Part shown: piece after piece, positions 19,980 to 28,944 of the stretch
How the letters are laid out: every line of letters starts with the position of its first letter
Numbering within the stretch: the first letter of the stretch is position 1
Origin: Candidatus Hydrogenedentota bacterium
GTDB lineage: Bacteria; Hydrogenedentota; Hydrogenedentia; Hydrogenedentales; SLHB01
Length of the DNA stretch: 64,000 nucleotides
Direction of reading: 5' to 3'
Assembly (NCBI GenBank): GCA_963674865.2
Contig: CAXXYE010000003.1
Coordinates: forward strand, 357,207 to 421,206
Notes under the pieces: generated by a model
The model's database searches: none
What the model was told of the DNA's origin: nothing
Seen by the model: the letters and a program-made list of their open reading frames with translations, nothing else
Position numbers and translations under genes: made by a program

Positions 19980-21107
19980 CTATTTCCCACCTTGACATAG
20001 CGCCTTGTGGGCTTCTTTAAGCTGGGCGCGGATGGGGATGTCTTGGGGGCATTTCTCTTCGCACGCGCCGCACTCGGTGCATGCGTCCGCCGGGAGATGC
20101 TCTTCGCGGCGCGTCTTAACCATCCGCCCGTAGGCGCTTCGCGCCGACTCCCACAGGCCATATACGCGCCCCTTGTTGTACAGGTCGAACACGCGCGGGA
20201 TATCGACCCCGGCCGGGCACGGCATGCAGTACTTGCACCCGGTGCAGTACAAGTCGGCCATCCTCTTGAGTTGGTCGAGGTGTCCCGTGAGTGCCGCCTT
20301 GTCTTCCTCCGTCATGCTGACGGGATCGCTAGCGGTACGCACATTCTCCTCGACCTGCTCCATCGTGCTCATCCCCGACAGCGCGACATCGACATTTGGA
20401 TTGGCCAATACAAAGCGCAGCGCGAGTTCGGGCACGCGCTTCACGCCGGCCACAGTGTCTTGAAGTACCTCGCTAGGTTCTCCGAGCCGTCCCCCGCCCA
20501 CCGGCCCCATCACGACGACGCCTATCCCGTGTTCGTGGGCGTATGCGATTCCCTCGTCGAGTTGGCGGTCGATGATGTTGTACTGGAGGGTGATGACCTC
20601 GGGATAGCCTGTGTCGACGATCTTCTTCAGGGCCTCGTTGTCGTCGTGGAAGGAGATGCAGACGTGCTTGATCAGGCCCTGGTCCTTAGCCTTCCGCATC
20701 CACTTGCCGACGCGCGGCTCTACGTGCTCCAGGTAGCGCTTCCAACCGACGCCGTGGTTGTTGTACACGTCGATGTAGTCCACCTGGAGCCGCTCGAGAC
20801 TATCCTCGAGATGCTGCCACCATTCGCGCTCGTCCTCGCAGTAAAAGTGGTTCTTAGTGGACACGATGATTTTGTCGCGCCAGCCTTTAAGTGCATCGCC
20901 GACCGCGCGCTGGCTGTCGGCGTTGCAGTACATGATGGCCGTGTCGACGTAGTTGACCCCGGCCTCAAAGGCGCGGTGGATCATAGGTACGGCCAGCTCG
21001 CGGTTGACGCGCGCGTCCGGCCCTTCTCCGAGCATGGGCAGGCGCATCGCGCCAAAGCCAAGCCGCGATACCTTGAGTCCCGTCCGGCCGAGTTGGGTGT
21101 ACAGCAT
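19980..21107 (-). CDS. Aldo/keto reductase with C-terminal 4Fe-4S dicluster
   Basis: LGRTGLKVSRLGFGAMRLP, GVNYVDTA, SLERLQVDYID, CTGCKYCMPCP and CTECGACEEKCP. Confidence 0.92.
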   Translation of the reverse strand: MLYTQLGRTGLKVSRLGFGAMRLPMLGEGPDARVNRELAVPMIHRAFEAGVNYVDTAIMYCNADSQRAVGDALKGWRDKIIVSTKNHFYCEDEREWWQHLEDSLERLQVDYIDVYNNHGVGWKRYLEHVEPRVGKWMRKAKDQGLIKHVCISFHDDNEALKKIVDTGYPEVITLQYNIIDRQLDEGIAYAHEHGIGVVVMGPVGGGRLGEPSEVLQDTVAGVKRVPELALRFVLANPNVDVALSGMSTMEQVEENVRTASDPVSMTEEDKAALTGHLDQLKRMADLYCTGCKYCMPCPAGVDIPRVFDLYNKGRVYGLWESARSAYGRMVKTRREEHLPADACTECGACEEKCPQDIPIRAQLKEAHKALCQGGK

Positions 21108-21401
21108 AACAACTCCTCAGTCTTCAGCAACAAGCAGTTTTGTGGCGGCCGTCAAGCGGAGGGTGCGGGCGAAACGGCCCTTACCGGCCCGCTGGGCGGG
21201 CACGCAAGGCATGTCACCTTTGTACGAGTAACGCCCTCAATCTGGCGCCTATTCCCGAGGGCCGTCTGCTTAAGACGCTTTGAGTGAATGGGTTAGCCGC
21301 TGCGAAACAGGGGGCCGCCTGACGGAGCATAGCGTCCGCCTCGGGGCTTCCGGCGGAGTTCCCCGCTCAAGCCGCGCCTTTCCGCGTTTCATGGGCGCGG
21401 C

Positions 21402-21528
21402 CTAGGAATGCGGCCAGAGAGCCACCGAATGACGGGGACTGAGAGTTCTGGGCGTTGAGAAAAAACGACTTACAAATGCCTTTTGGCCGCATTCCACCAG
21501 GAACCGTACTTTCAGGCCAGACTTCCAG
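21402..21528 (-). repeat. ~127-bp dispersed repeat, copy B
   Basis: Same length as copy A. Arms GGAATGCGGCCA / TGGCCGCATTCC pair perfectly over 12 bp. Confidence 0.8.
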
Positions 21529-21698
21529 GCTATTCCTTCGGCGAGAAGGAGAGTCCGTCTAGGGGATTACGCTCAAGGTCCACGAACCGCATGGAGAATC
21601 CCCACATCCCTTTGCGATTGCAGCACTTGACTCGGATGGGTGTCTCCCCGGCGGGGAGTGTCACGGGCACGGCCTCTTCGTCCCGGTTCAGGCCGTTG
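21528..21698 (-). repeat. 171-bp direct repeat, copy 1: displaced duplicate of the 3' end of the 24855-26555 gene
   Basis: Ungapped match to 24853-25023 with 7 mismatches. Encodes NGLNRDEEAVPVTLPAG...LSFSP(K/G)E and the stop codon. Confidence 0.95.
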
Positions 21699-21805
21699 GT
21701 TTCATCGTCGTTTGGCCGGATCTCCCAAGGCCGCAGAACATCCTTTTCGGAAAGCAATTCCTCAACGGAACGCCCATTGTTGAGCGATGCCGTCTGCTGG
21801 TCCGT

Positions 21806-22546
21806 TCACTGTCCTGCCAGTGGTGGCGAGACCTCGGCAACGATAACAGGGATCTCGATGATAGGCTGAGCCGGACACGACGTGCTGATAGCCAGCATGC
21901 CGTTGAGGCGACGCTGGTACTTGCCTGGGGCCGCAGTGAGCTTCACACGTGTGTTCGACTCACTCACACCCTCGACCTCAACGTCCACATGTGACATGTT
22001 GACATGAGCTGAGAGCACCTTGAATTCGGGGCCTTCAAAGGTGATTCTGACGCTGGCTTTCACCGGTTGGTTGTCCGTGACAAAGAGAGAAAGGCGTGAG
22101 GGATACCATTCAATTGGAAAACTCGCAAATCCCTGGAGTGTGACCGAGGTAAGATGAGGTGAGCCATCGGACCACATGTGGACCCGTTGGCGGAACGTCT
22201 CCCTGGGCCTAGGCCGGAGTGCCAGACGGATCAGGGCTTCTTCTCCTTCAAGCACTTCACGCGCGTCTTCCCAATCCGAAACAACGCAAGAACAATCTGC
22301 CTTGACGTGTGTTATGTGTAGTGGAGAATCACCTGTGTTCCGGAGACAGATAGCCGTGTGCAAGGTCCGCGATCCATCCAGACATACCTCGCCGAGATCC
22401 ATGACCGGTGGCGTCATAAGCTGAAGCACGGGGCCTTTCGGGCCGCACGACAGCAGCCCGCACAACAGGAAAACCGCCAGGAAAGCGCGAACGGCACTCG
22501 CTCTCCTCTGCAAGAGGCAGGATGGATTTCTCGCGGCCGTTGTCAA
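21806..22546 (-). CDS. DUF1573-like Ig-fold protein, probable lipoprotein
   Basis: Hydrophobic leader ending LLSC; LRNTGDSPLHITHVKADCSCVV motif; second beta-rich domain. The TTG start overlaps the upstream stop. Confidence 0.7.
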   Translation of the reverse strand: MTTAARNPSCLLQRRASAVRAFLAVFLLCGLLSCGPKGPVLQLMTPPVMDLGEVCLDGSRTLHTAICLRNTGDSPLHITHVKADCSCVVSDWEDAREVLEGEEALIRLALRPRPRETFRQRVHMWSDGSPHLTSVTLQGFASFPIEWYPSRLSLFVTDNQPVKASVRITFEGPEFKVLSAHVNMSHVDVEVEGVSESNTRVKLTAAPGKYQRRLNGMLAISTSCPAQPIIEIPVIVAEVSPPLAGQ

Positions 22547-23787
22547 CTCTTGGCCCGTATTCGCCGCAGTCCAGCCAATACAATTATTGTGAGCGCAATC
22601 GTCACTGCTAGAGAAGCTATAGCCATGATTCCGTTTCTCTCTTCGGCGCCTTCTGTCACCTCCGATATCCCCTCAGCAGGCGAATCTGAAGATGTCCGGT
22701 GTTGTCGCTCGACGAGATCATCCGATGCGGCAACGTCAATCTGCGAGGTCCCAAGTTCTCTCCCAAGCACCGTCGAAACTTCCTCCCGCGCCATTCCGCC
22801 AACGTATCCAGAAACGCCCAGCATCTTGTTCACTAAGTAGCTCCCCGAGGGGAAGACGATCTTGAAGAGCCCTGGATCAAGCGAGTCGCTGACGTCCCAT
22901 CCCTTCACGTCGATCCGCCAAGGCCCGTCGTCTTGGGCAATAACACGCACGGACTTCGTGTGCTGTGCAGCTTCCTTTGGAGGCATGGCTTCAAGCTGGA
23001 CACGTGTGTAGCCGTCGAGGATCACCTTTTCCTTCGTATAATATGTCACTGTTCCGCTGACAGGAAGCCAATGCCCTTGTACCTGTTCAAGCCGGATATG
23101 GTCGACCACTTGCCGAATTCCTGTTCCGCGGGAATCGCATTCGCCCAAGGGCAGGACTTCGGAGGAATTGTAGTTCTCGATTCGCAAGGGGCGATAGTCG
23201 CGTTTGCGGTCGAGCCAGACCTTGGACGCACGTTGATAGGGCTCTTCGGAACCGTCGGGCAGCGAGAGAAAGCCTACCACCGTGAATGCAACTTCAATAC
23301 AAGGACGGCCTTCGATACGACTCTCAGTAGACAGAATCTCAAGATGCTCCGCTTCTTGGAGGCAGTCCGCCAGCGTATATCGGTCTCGATGCTTTATCGC
23401 CTGTCCCAACAGAACTCCCGGCGAATTGACGCTGTCCAGCTCGGCACCTAAGGCGCGAATCGTTCCTCCGAACGACTCTTCTTGAAAGGTGTACATCTGC
23501 TCGCCGTCAAACGCGTACATGTCATGAAGGGCTGTTTCCTTGCCATCATCGTAGTAGTACGTCTTGCCACGGAGGAATCCCTTTACTCCCTCGCGAGCCC
23601 ACTCTCCCTCCCAGCGGCGTTGGCCTGTACTGACATTTGTGATGGCGCCGGAAGCTCGTAGCGCCGTCAGTCTACTCTCGCCTTTCGCCACTTGCTGAAT
23701 GAGTTCATCAGGAGTAAGCGCATAGGAAGGGTTGGTCACTAGAATTGCTGCTACCACCGCGGCTACAACTTGAAATCGTCTGTACAT
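22543..23787 (-). CDS. Exported LolA/RseB-like beta-sheet protein with C-terminal membrane anchor
   Basis: Signal peptide (..NPSYA|L), VWLDRKRDYRPLRIE, HWLPVSG, LFKIVFPSG; C-terminal TM helix followed by RRIRAK. ATG at 23787 follows GGAG. Confidence 0.6.
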   Translation of the reverse strand: MYRRFQVVAAVVAAILVTNPSYALTPDELIQQVAKGESRLTALRASGAITNVSTGQRRWEGEWAREGVKGFLRGKTYYYDDGKETALHDMYAFDGEQMYTFQEESFGGTIRALGAELDSVNSPGVLLGQAIKHRDRYTLADCLQEAEHLEILSTESRIEGRPCIEVAFTVVGFLSLPDGSEEPYQRASKVWLDRKRDYRPLRIENYNSSEVLPLGECDSRGTGIRQVVDHIRLEQVQGHWLPVSGTVTYYTKEKVILDGYTRVQLEAMPPKEAAQHTKSVRVIAQDDGPWRIDVKGWDVSDSLDPGLFKIVFPSGSYLVNKMLGVSGYVGGMAREEVSTVLGRELGTSQIDVAASDDLVERQHRTSSDSPAEGISEVTEGAEERNGIMAIASLAVTIALTIIVLAGLRRIRAKS

Positions 23788-23852
23788 GTGCGCTCCTTCC
23801 TGTTCGCTGCTTACGAGGTTGCTGCAATTCAGGGAACGAGAGGACGGCACCG

Positions 23853-24263
23853 CTAGAAGTTTGAGCACTTTGCGATATTGTGTGAGCCCTGGTCGCTGCC
23901 GAACTCACCACATCCACAATTGTAGGACGGATTCTGACTAGTGACGCACTCCGCATTGTAGGACTTGGAGCATGTCAGATAGTAGGCGGTAGTATCACAC
24001 TGATCGTTTTGTGTCCCGGTGTAGGAACAGACAGGGCTACTACCAGTACCGTCCACTTTGGTGCATGTTCCCGAGCATTCCTCACCGTCGTATGAACACC
24101 CCTCGAACTCCCCGTCGTCGTCAACGAGGATTGTCCCGTCACTGCACATGAACTCATCATCGCACTCGCTCTTACAGATGTAGGCGACGGCACTCGTGAA
24201 CGATATGGAAAAGAGTCCAACGACGATACAAACTGTTGCAGCATGTCTAGGCTTAGTCTTCAT
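23853..24263 (-). CDS. Small secreted cysteine-rich acidic protein
   Basis: RBS-like AAGGA before ATG; signal peptide ending SAVA; 13 Cys in the ~109-aa mature part. Confidence 0.75.
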   Translation of the reverse strand: MKTKPRHAATVCIVVGLFSISFTSAVAYICKSECDDEFMCSDGTILVDDDGEFEGCSYDGEECSGTCTKVDGTGSSPVCSYTGTQNDQCDTTAYYLTCSKSYNAECVTSQNPSYNCGCGEFGSDQGSHNIAKCSNF

Positions 24264-24852
24264 GATGTCCTTTCCCTTTCCTTACACGGTGGAATATACC
24301 CACAAAGAGGAGAACACTGCTGTGGCCCCCATGCGTCCTTGGAGCCCCTTCGTCCCGCCGCCATAGCTTATCGTGGATCTCTGAAACTCGACTCTTTCCT
24401 ATGTGAGCCTTTCCTCCAAGAGGAGGGATTTCATAGCAACTCCGGACTATTAATAGTGTATCATGTGCTGATAGAAAGTATGTCAGTCATGAGCTAGAAT
24501 GACCGTAGGAGCACATCCTACAAAGACTGCCCCCGAGTACAGCTCCGAGGCCGCATTCAGTGCAGTAGGGCCTGGGCCTCACTCCGATCTTGCTCCACCC
24601 GGTGGATTGCAGTCCGGGCTTCCTGGGCCCCCTTGGTTGTGCCCGAGTCGGGCGTACTCTGCAGGGGCATGGTTCCCTGGGGAACCATGGGGTCGAACTT
24701 CATCGTCGTCCATTCGCAAGGGGCCAAGGCTTCTCAAGGAGACGGTGCCCCGCGACGGGTTTCGCCGATACCTCGGGCACATCAACGTGCAGGTAGTCAC
24801 GGAACACTGACTGCCTTTGGCCGTGGCACCGGTGTCTCGGACCGTGGAATCG

Positions 24853-25023
24853 GGCTATTCTCCCGGCGAAAAGGAGAGTCCGTCTAGGGGATTACGCTCA
24901 AGGTCCACGAACCGCATGGAGAATCCCCACATCCCTTTGCGGTTGCAGCACTTGACTCGGATGGGCGTGTCCCCGGCGGGGAGTGTCACGGGCACGGCCT
25001 CTTCGTCCCGGTTCAGGCCGTTG
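24853..25023 (-). repeat. 171-bp direct repeat, copy 2 (current 3' end of the upstream CDS)
   Basis: Matches 21528-21698 with 7 mismatches. Confidence 0.95.
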
Positions 25024-26555
25024 ACGCCCTCGAATCGGGCCACCTCCTTGTCGCCGAACCACACGAGGAGGTCGTCATCGCGGCCGAGGAGCATCAGCGC
25101 CTGTTGCTCGATGGGGCTGGTGACGGTGCACACGGCGTAGGCGGCGGTTCCGGCGGTGTAGGCGTGAGGGCCTTGGAGTTCGCCCAAGGCGACGACGCCC
25201 CATTGCGTCGGCCGCTTGAGCCAGCGCACCGGGCCGGACCTGCCCTCATGGACTGCCTCCAAGTCCCAATGGCCTTCCGGCGGGTGAACCGCAGCAAGAT
25301 AGCCGCGATTGGGATCATCAAGCGGCCCGATGACGTACCACGCCGGGATGATTCCGGGGATTGGCCCCGGCGTCTCCCAGATCCCTTTAGGCTGGACGCG
25401 CGCTTGGGCCATCGCCTCAGGTTCGGGCGATACTTCGAGGGCGCCCGTATCGAGGACCTCCTGGTGGACTTCGCGCAACACGTCCTGGACGGCCTCACTG
25501 TCCGCCCACCCTTTGTATGTGCTCGGGTGATGGCATAGGAACGTGATCAAGCCGCAGGCGCCTTCCCGGACGAAATCCTCCATCTGCTCGCGAAGTTGCT
25601 GCCGGGTCGGCTCGCCACCGAAGCCTTCGCCCCAGAATGTCTGGAAGATCCCCGCGAATGGAATGCCCGGCACCCGCGCACGGGCCGTGGCCAGCATCCA
25701 CTGGACTTTGTGGCTGATCAGGAGGCGGTTGTAGCCGCTGTCGCTGATGGGATACCAGTAGATGAGCATGAGGTCGCAGACGCCCGGCCCGAAGTTGGCC
25801 AGCGCCCCATCGCTCCCGAATCCGGCGCAGATGGGCCGGTGTTCGGAATCGCCTTCGACGCGGCGGACGGTTTGGTACAGGGCGCGAAGGGCGGAGATGG
25901 CGTCGCCCGGACTGTCATCGAGGACATAGTAGCCCCAGAGATTGGGTGAGTCCTTGACCTCGGCGACATCCTTCGCGCAGGCTTCGGGATTGAAGAGGAT
26001 GATGCCTTCATGGTGCGCCGCGGGCGAGGTGTCGTCCGCGCCTCGTGTGCATCCGACAAGCGCCTCCGGTGTGAACCGCTCGTAGCGGATGAGTTCATCC
26101 TCGATCTGGACGGCACCGCCGTCCTCGGGGAGCGTGCCGCCGCGCTTCGGATCGAGGGGAATCTCCGTCTGCTCCGCCGAAATGGCAGAGGCGAGGCGGG
26201 GGGTGCCGTGGATATGCTTCGTAAGGTGATAGAGAACCTTGATGCCGTTCTCGAGCATGAAGGCTCCTTGGGGGGACGCCGGATCGAGATGTTCGCGGTC
26301 GCCGATAACCATATTCATGCCGACCTCGTTGACGAGTTCGAGGTCCTCAAGTGATTCGGCGACGTACGTGCCCAAGAGCGGCTTTCCGTCAACGGTGCAG
26401 CGCGGATCGAGTTTCATCACATCTCCCTCCAAGGCGCCAACCGGCGCGCTCGCCGCCATGGCGAGGCACGCCAACAGCGCGAGCCCCACAGCGCCCTGCC
26501 TGTATTTCGACAATATGGGCAGTACCTTCACGCTTCTGATCCAAGTCTTGTTCAT
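24855..26555 (-). CDS. Exported glycoside-hydrolase-like protein (TIM-barrel-like core plus C-terminal beta-sandwich)
   Basis: Signal-like segment, PNLWGYYVLDDSPGD, EGACGLITF, C-terminal WYVIGP...GRDDDLLVWF...GMWGFSMRF. Exact start uncertain. Confidence 0.55.
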   Translation of the reverse strand: MNKTWIRSVKVLPILSKYRQGAVGLALLACLAMAASAPVGALEGDVMKLDPRCTVDGKPLLGTYVAESLEDLELVNEVGMNMVIGDREHLDPASPQGAFMLENGIKVLYHLTKHIHGTPRLASAISAEQTEIPLDPKRGGTLPEDGGAVQIEDELIRYERFTPEALVGCTRGADDTSPAAHHEGIILFNPEACAKDVAEVKDSPNLWGYYVLDDSPGDAISALRALYQTVRRVEGDSEHRPICAGFGSDGALANFGPGVCDLMLIYWYPISDSGYNRLLISHKVQWMLATARARVPGIPFAGIFQTFWGEGFGGEPTRQQLREQMEDFVREGACGLITFLCHHPSTYKGWADSEAVQDVLREVHQEVLDTGALEVSPEPEAMAQARVQPKGIWETPGPIPGIIPAWYVIGPLDDPNRGYLAAVHPPEGHWDLEAVHEGRSGPVRWLKRPTQWGVVALGELQGPHAYTAGTAAYAVCTVTSPIEQQALMLLGRDDDLLVWFGDKEVARFEGVNGLNRDEEAVPVTLPAGDTPIRVKCCNRKGMWGFSMRFVDLERNPLDGLSFSPGE

Positions 26556-26828
26556 TTGAGAGTTCTTCCCACCTAATCTCAAGGTAAACCCATACTACAC
26601 GGCCCCAAATCGATGGAAGCGTAGACGCCGCTGCAACCGCGAGTCAAGGGAGGAGCGCGCCCGCATTCATGAACCACCTATACGCACGGCTCAAGCTGTG
26701 CCGTGCGGCACGGCATCGGCGTGCATCTGAGTTCATCTGTGGACTGATTTGGCGCGCGGCGCCACGGACAATCCGGCCATCGGGATCTTGGAAACACGCG
26801 TGGCCTCCGGTACACTCGGAGTCCATCG

Positions 26829-28937
26829 TTGAAGGGCAGAGGAGAAAGCGCCGTGCCGGGCGAACAGCAAGAGCGTAGGCGAGGCTTGAGTGTCTCCTTC
26901 GTGTGGCTATCGGCCTGTCTTACCTTGGCGCTGCTCGACACAGTCTTTGGCCTCGTGTCCCGGCCGGACGAGTGGGAATGGTTTCCGGAACTCCTTCCCG
27001 CCCTTGCCGTGAGCCTATGTGTGTTCCTTCTCATCTACGGCGTCCTTTTCGCGTTGGCGCGAGTATTGGCCGCTCCTTTCCGGATCGCACCAGCCGCTCT
27101 CGCCTTCTCCGTGGCTTTGTTTCTAGGCGTTATAACGGTTGTTGGGCTGCTGGCGGGCCTTCATCTGTCGGACGTCGAACCGCGCCTTATTCTTGATGCC
27201 GCCTTCAAGGCCGCCGTGGCCGTGTTCTTGGCTTTGGCGTGCGGCGTTCTGGCCTATCAAGCGTACCGCGCATGGGATGAGCGCCCCGGAATGCGGAGGG
27301 CCGTCTCCGCGGCCGTGTTTACCTTGCCCTTGGTGGCCGCCGAAGGGCTTGTCTTCCTTTGGTGGTCGAAGTACCGCCTGCCGGATTTCTTCGAAGGCGC
27401 CTCCCTTACGGCGCTGGCGATCTTTCTGGCCGTCGCGGCTCTCACGCTGGCGATATCAATTCCACTGGCGCGCCGAGGCTGGGGATCGGCGATCTCGGCC
27501 GCCCTGACGCTCGTCATCCTGATGAGTCCCGCCGCGACCTTGGTGGAAAGGCCACGGCCTGAGGGGCTTGTCTTTCCCTACGGCGCGAGCGGCGAGCACA
27601 AGGTGCCCCGCATCATTCTCGTCGTTATCGATTCACTCCGCCGTGACGCGCTCCGGGCATACGATCCGAATGGCCTGTCGCTGCCGACGCTGGAATCCTT
27701 GGCCGGTGAGTCGATGGTTTTTCACGAAGCCTATGCTGCCGCGCCATGGACCTTGCCCTCGGTAAGCTCGATCATGACGGGACTGGACGCCGATGCGCAC
27801 GGCGCGATTTCGTGGAACTCCCGGCTGCCCGATGCCTGCAAGACGCTTTCCGAGCGCCTGAGCCGGGCCGGCTACTACACGGGCGCTATCGGGAAGAATG
27901 TGTTCCTCACGCGGGCCGCGAATGTCTGCCAAGGCTTCGCTGACTACACCTTCTTTCCTCAGTTGGTGGGCACGGAGGCGGAATCGATTGGCGCCAATGT
28001 GCTTCGCCGTCTGTCGCGTCATGCGGAAGTCCCTGAAGGCACGACAGATGAACTGAGCGAGCTGGCCTGCACATGGCTCGAAAAGCATCGCGACACCGAT
28101 TACTTCCTCTATCTGCACTACCTCGACCCGCACTGGCCGTACACGCCGCCGGCGCCCTTCCGGCCGGAAGGCGAGCCGCCTCCCGCAATCGCCAATGCCG
28201 TTGATGCGTGGACGGCGCTGAGGACGGGTCGGTTTGCCCCGACGGCGGAGGAACGCGCCCATATCCGCGCTCTATACGATGGGGAGGTCCACTATGTCGA
28301 TCATGCGCTGGGGCGGGTGATGGATACCTTGAAGCGGCTCAGTCTCTATGAGGACACGCTGCTCATCGTGACACACGATCACGGTGAGGAGTTCTGGGAT
28401 CACGGTGGATGGGAGCATGGCCACACGCTCTACAATGAACTGATCCACTCTCCGCTGCTGATCAAGCTGCCGGGGAATCACGCGCGAGGTGATACGAACC
28501 AGCCGGTGTCGTTGACGTCGCTGACGCCGTCCATCTTGGAGATCTGCGGCGTGCCGTTTGAGCCGTCGGCGATGTCTGCGCCCTCTTTTGCGCCCCTCTT
28601 GAGCGGCGGGGGGGGTGATGCGCCGCCACCCGCGTTGATGAGCGCCGGGCTGCTCTACTACGACGACCTGGAGTGCGTCATCTTCGATGGCCTGAAGTAC
28701 ATCCGGGGCCGCATCACAGAGAATACCGCCCTGTACGATCTCGATCAGGATCCCCAGGAGAAGTATTCACTCGTCGCGGCCAGGCCACAGGCCGTGGCCG
28801 ACGCGCGGGCCTTGCTTGAAGCGAAGCACGCGGATACGGCCGCGAGCAGGAAGAAGCTGGAACTCGATGCGCCGGACAAGGCGCGGTACGACGAATCCGT
28901 GCTCGAAGAGCTGCGTTCCCTTGGGTACATGGAATGA
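26829..28937 (+). CDS. Membrane-anchored sulfatase/alkaline-phosphatase-superfamily protein
   Basis: About 7 N-terminal TM helices, then IILVVIDSLRRD, APWTLPS..SIMTG, HYLDPHWPY, YDGEVHYVD, HDHGEEF..HG..EHG, ELRSLGY. Confidence 0.85.
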   Translation: MKGRGESAVPGEQQERRRGLSVSFVWLSACLTLALLDTVFGLVSRPDEWEWFPELLPALAVSLCVFLLIYGVLFALARVLAAPFRIAPAALAFSVALFLGVITVVGLLAGLHLSDVEPRLILDAAFKAAVAVFLALACGVLAYQAYRAWDERPGMRRAVSAAVFTLPLVAAEGLVFLWWSKYRLPDFFEGASLTALAIFLAVAALTLAISIPLARRGWGSAISAALTLVILMSPAATLVERPRPEGLVFPYGASGEHKVPRIILVVIDSLRRDALRAYDPNGLSLPTLESLAGESMVFHEAYAAAPWTLPSVSSIMTGLDADAHGAISWNSRLPDACKTLSERLSRAGYYTGAIGKNVFLTRAANVCQGFADYTFFPQLVGTEAESIGANVLRRLSRHAEVPEGTTDELSELACTWLEKHRDTDYFLYLHYLDPHWPYTPPAPFRPEGEPPPAIANAVDAWTALRTGRFAPTAEERAHIRALYDGEVHYVDHALGRVMDTLKRLSLYEDTLLIVTHDHGEEFWDHGGWEHGHTLYNELIHSPLLIKLPGNHARGDTNQPVSLTSLTPSILEICGVPFEPSAMSAPSFAPLLSGGGGDAPPPALMSAGLLYYDDLECVIFDGLKYIRGRITENTALYDLDQDPQEKYSLVAARPQAVADARALLEAKHADTAASRKKLELDAPDKARYDESVLEELRSLGYME

Positions 28938-28944
28938 GGACGTC

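Noticed and set aside
21110..21400. Riboswitch or ncRNA upstream of the aldo/keto reductase
   Set aside because: GC-rich hairpins are present, but I recognised no conserved riboswitch motif.
21530..21757. 75-aa ORF as a real gene
   Set aside because: It is a chimera of 20 junction codons and the duplicated gene tail, with a TTG start; treated as a remnant.
24499..24850. Short ORFs or a pseudogene, plus a perfect 10-bp hairpin (24668-24689), at the island's right end
   Set aside because: No frame gives a recognisable protein. It may be a decayed gene fragment or a recombination site, but I cannot support either.
21528..25023. Diversity-generating retroelement TR/VR pair (near-identical repeat at a gene's 3' end)
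   Set aside because: The 7 mismatches are not confined to adenines on either strand (they include C/T, T/C and G/C on the coding strand), several are synonymous, and no reverse transcriptase is in the window.
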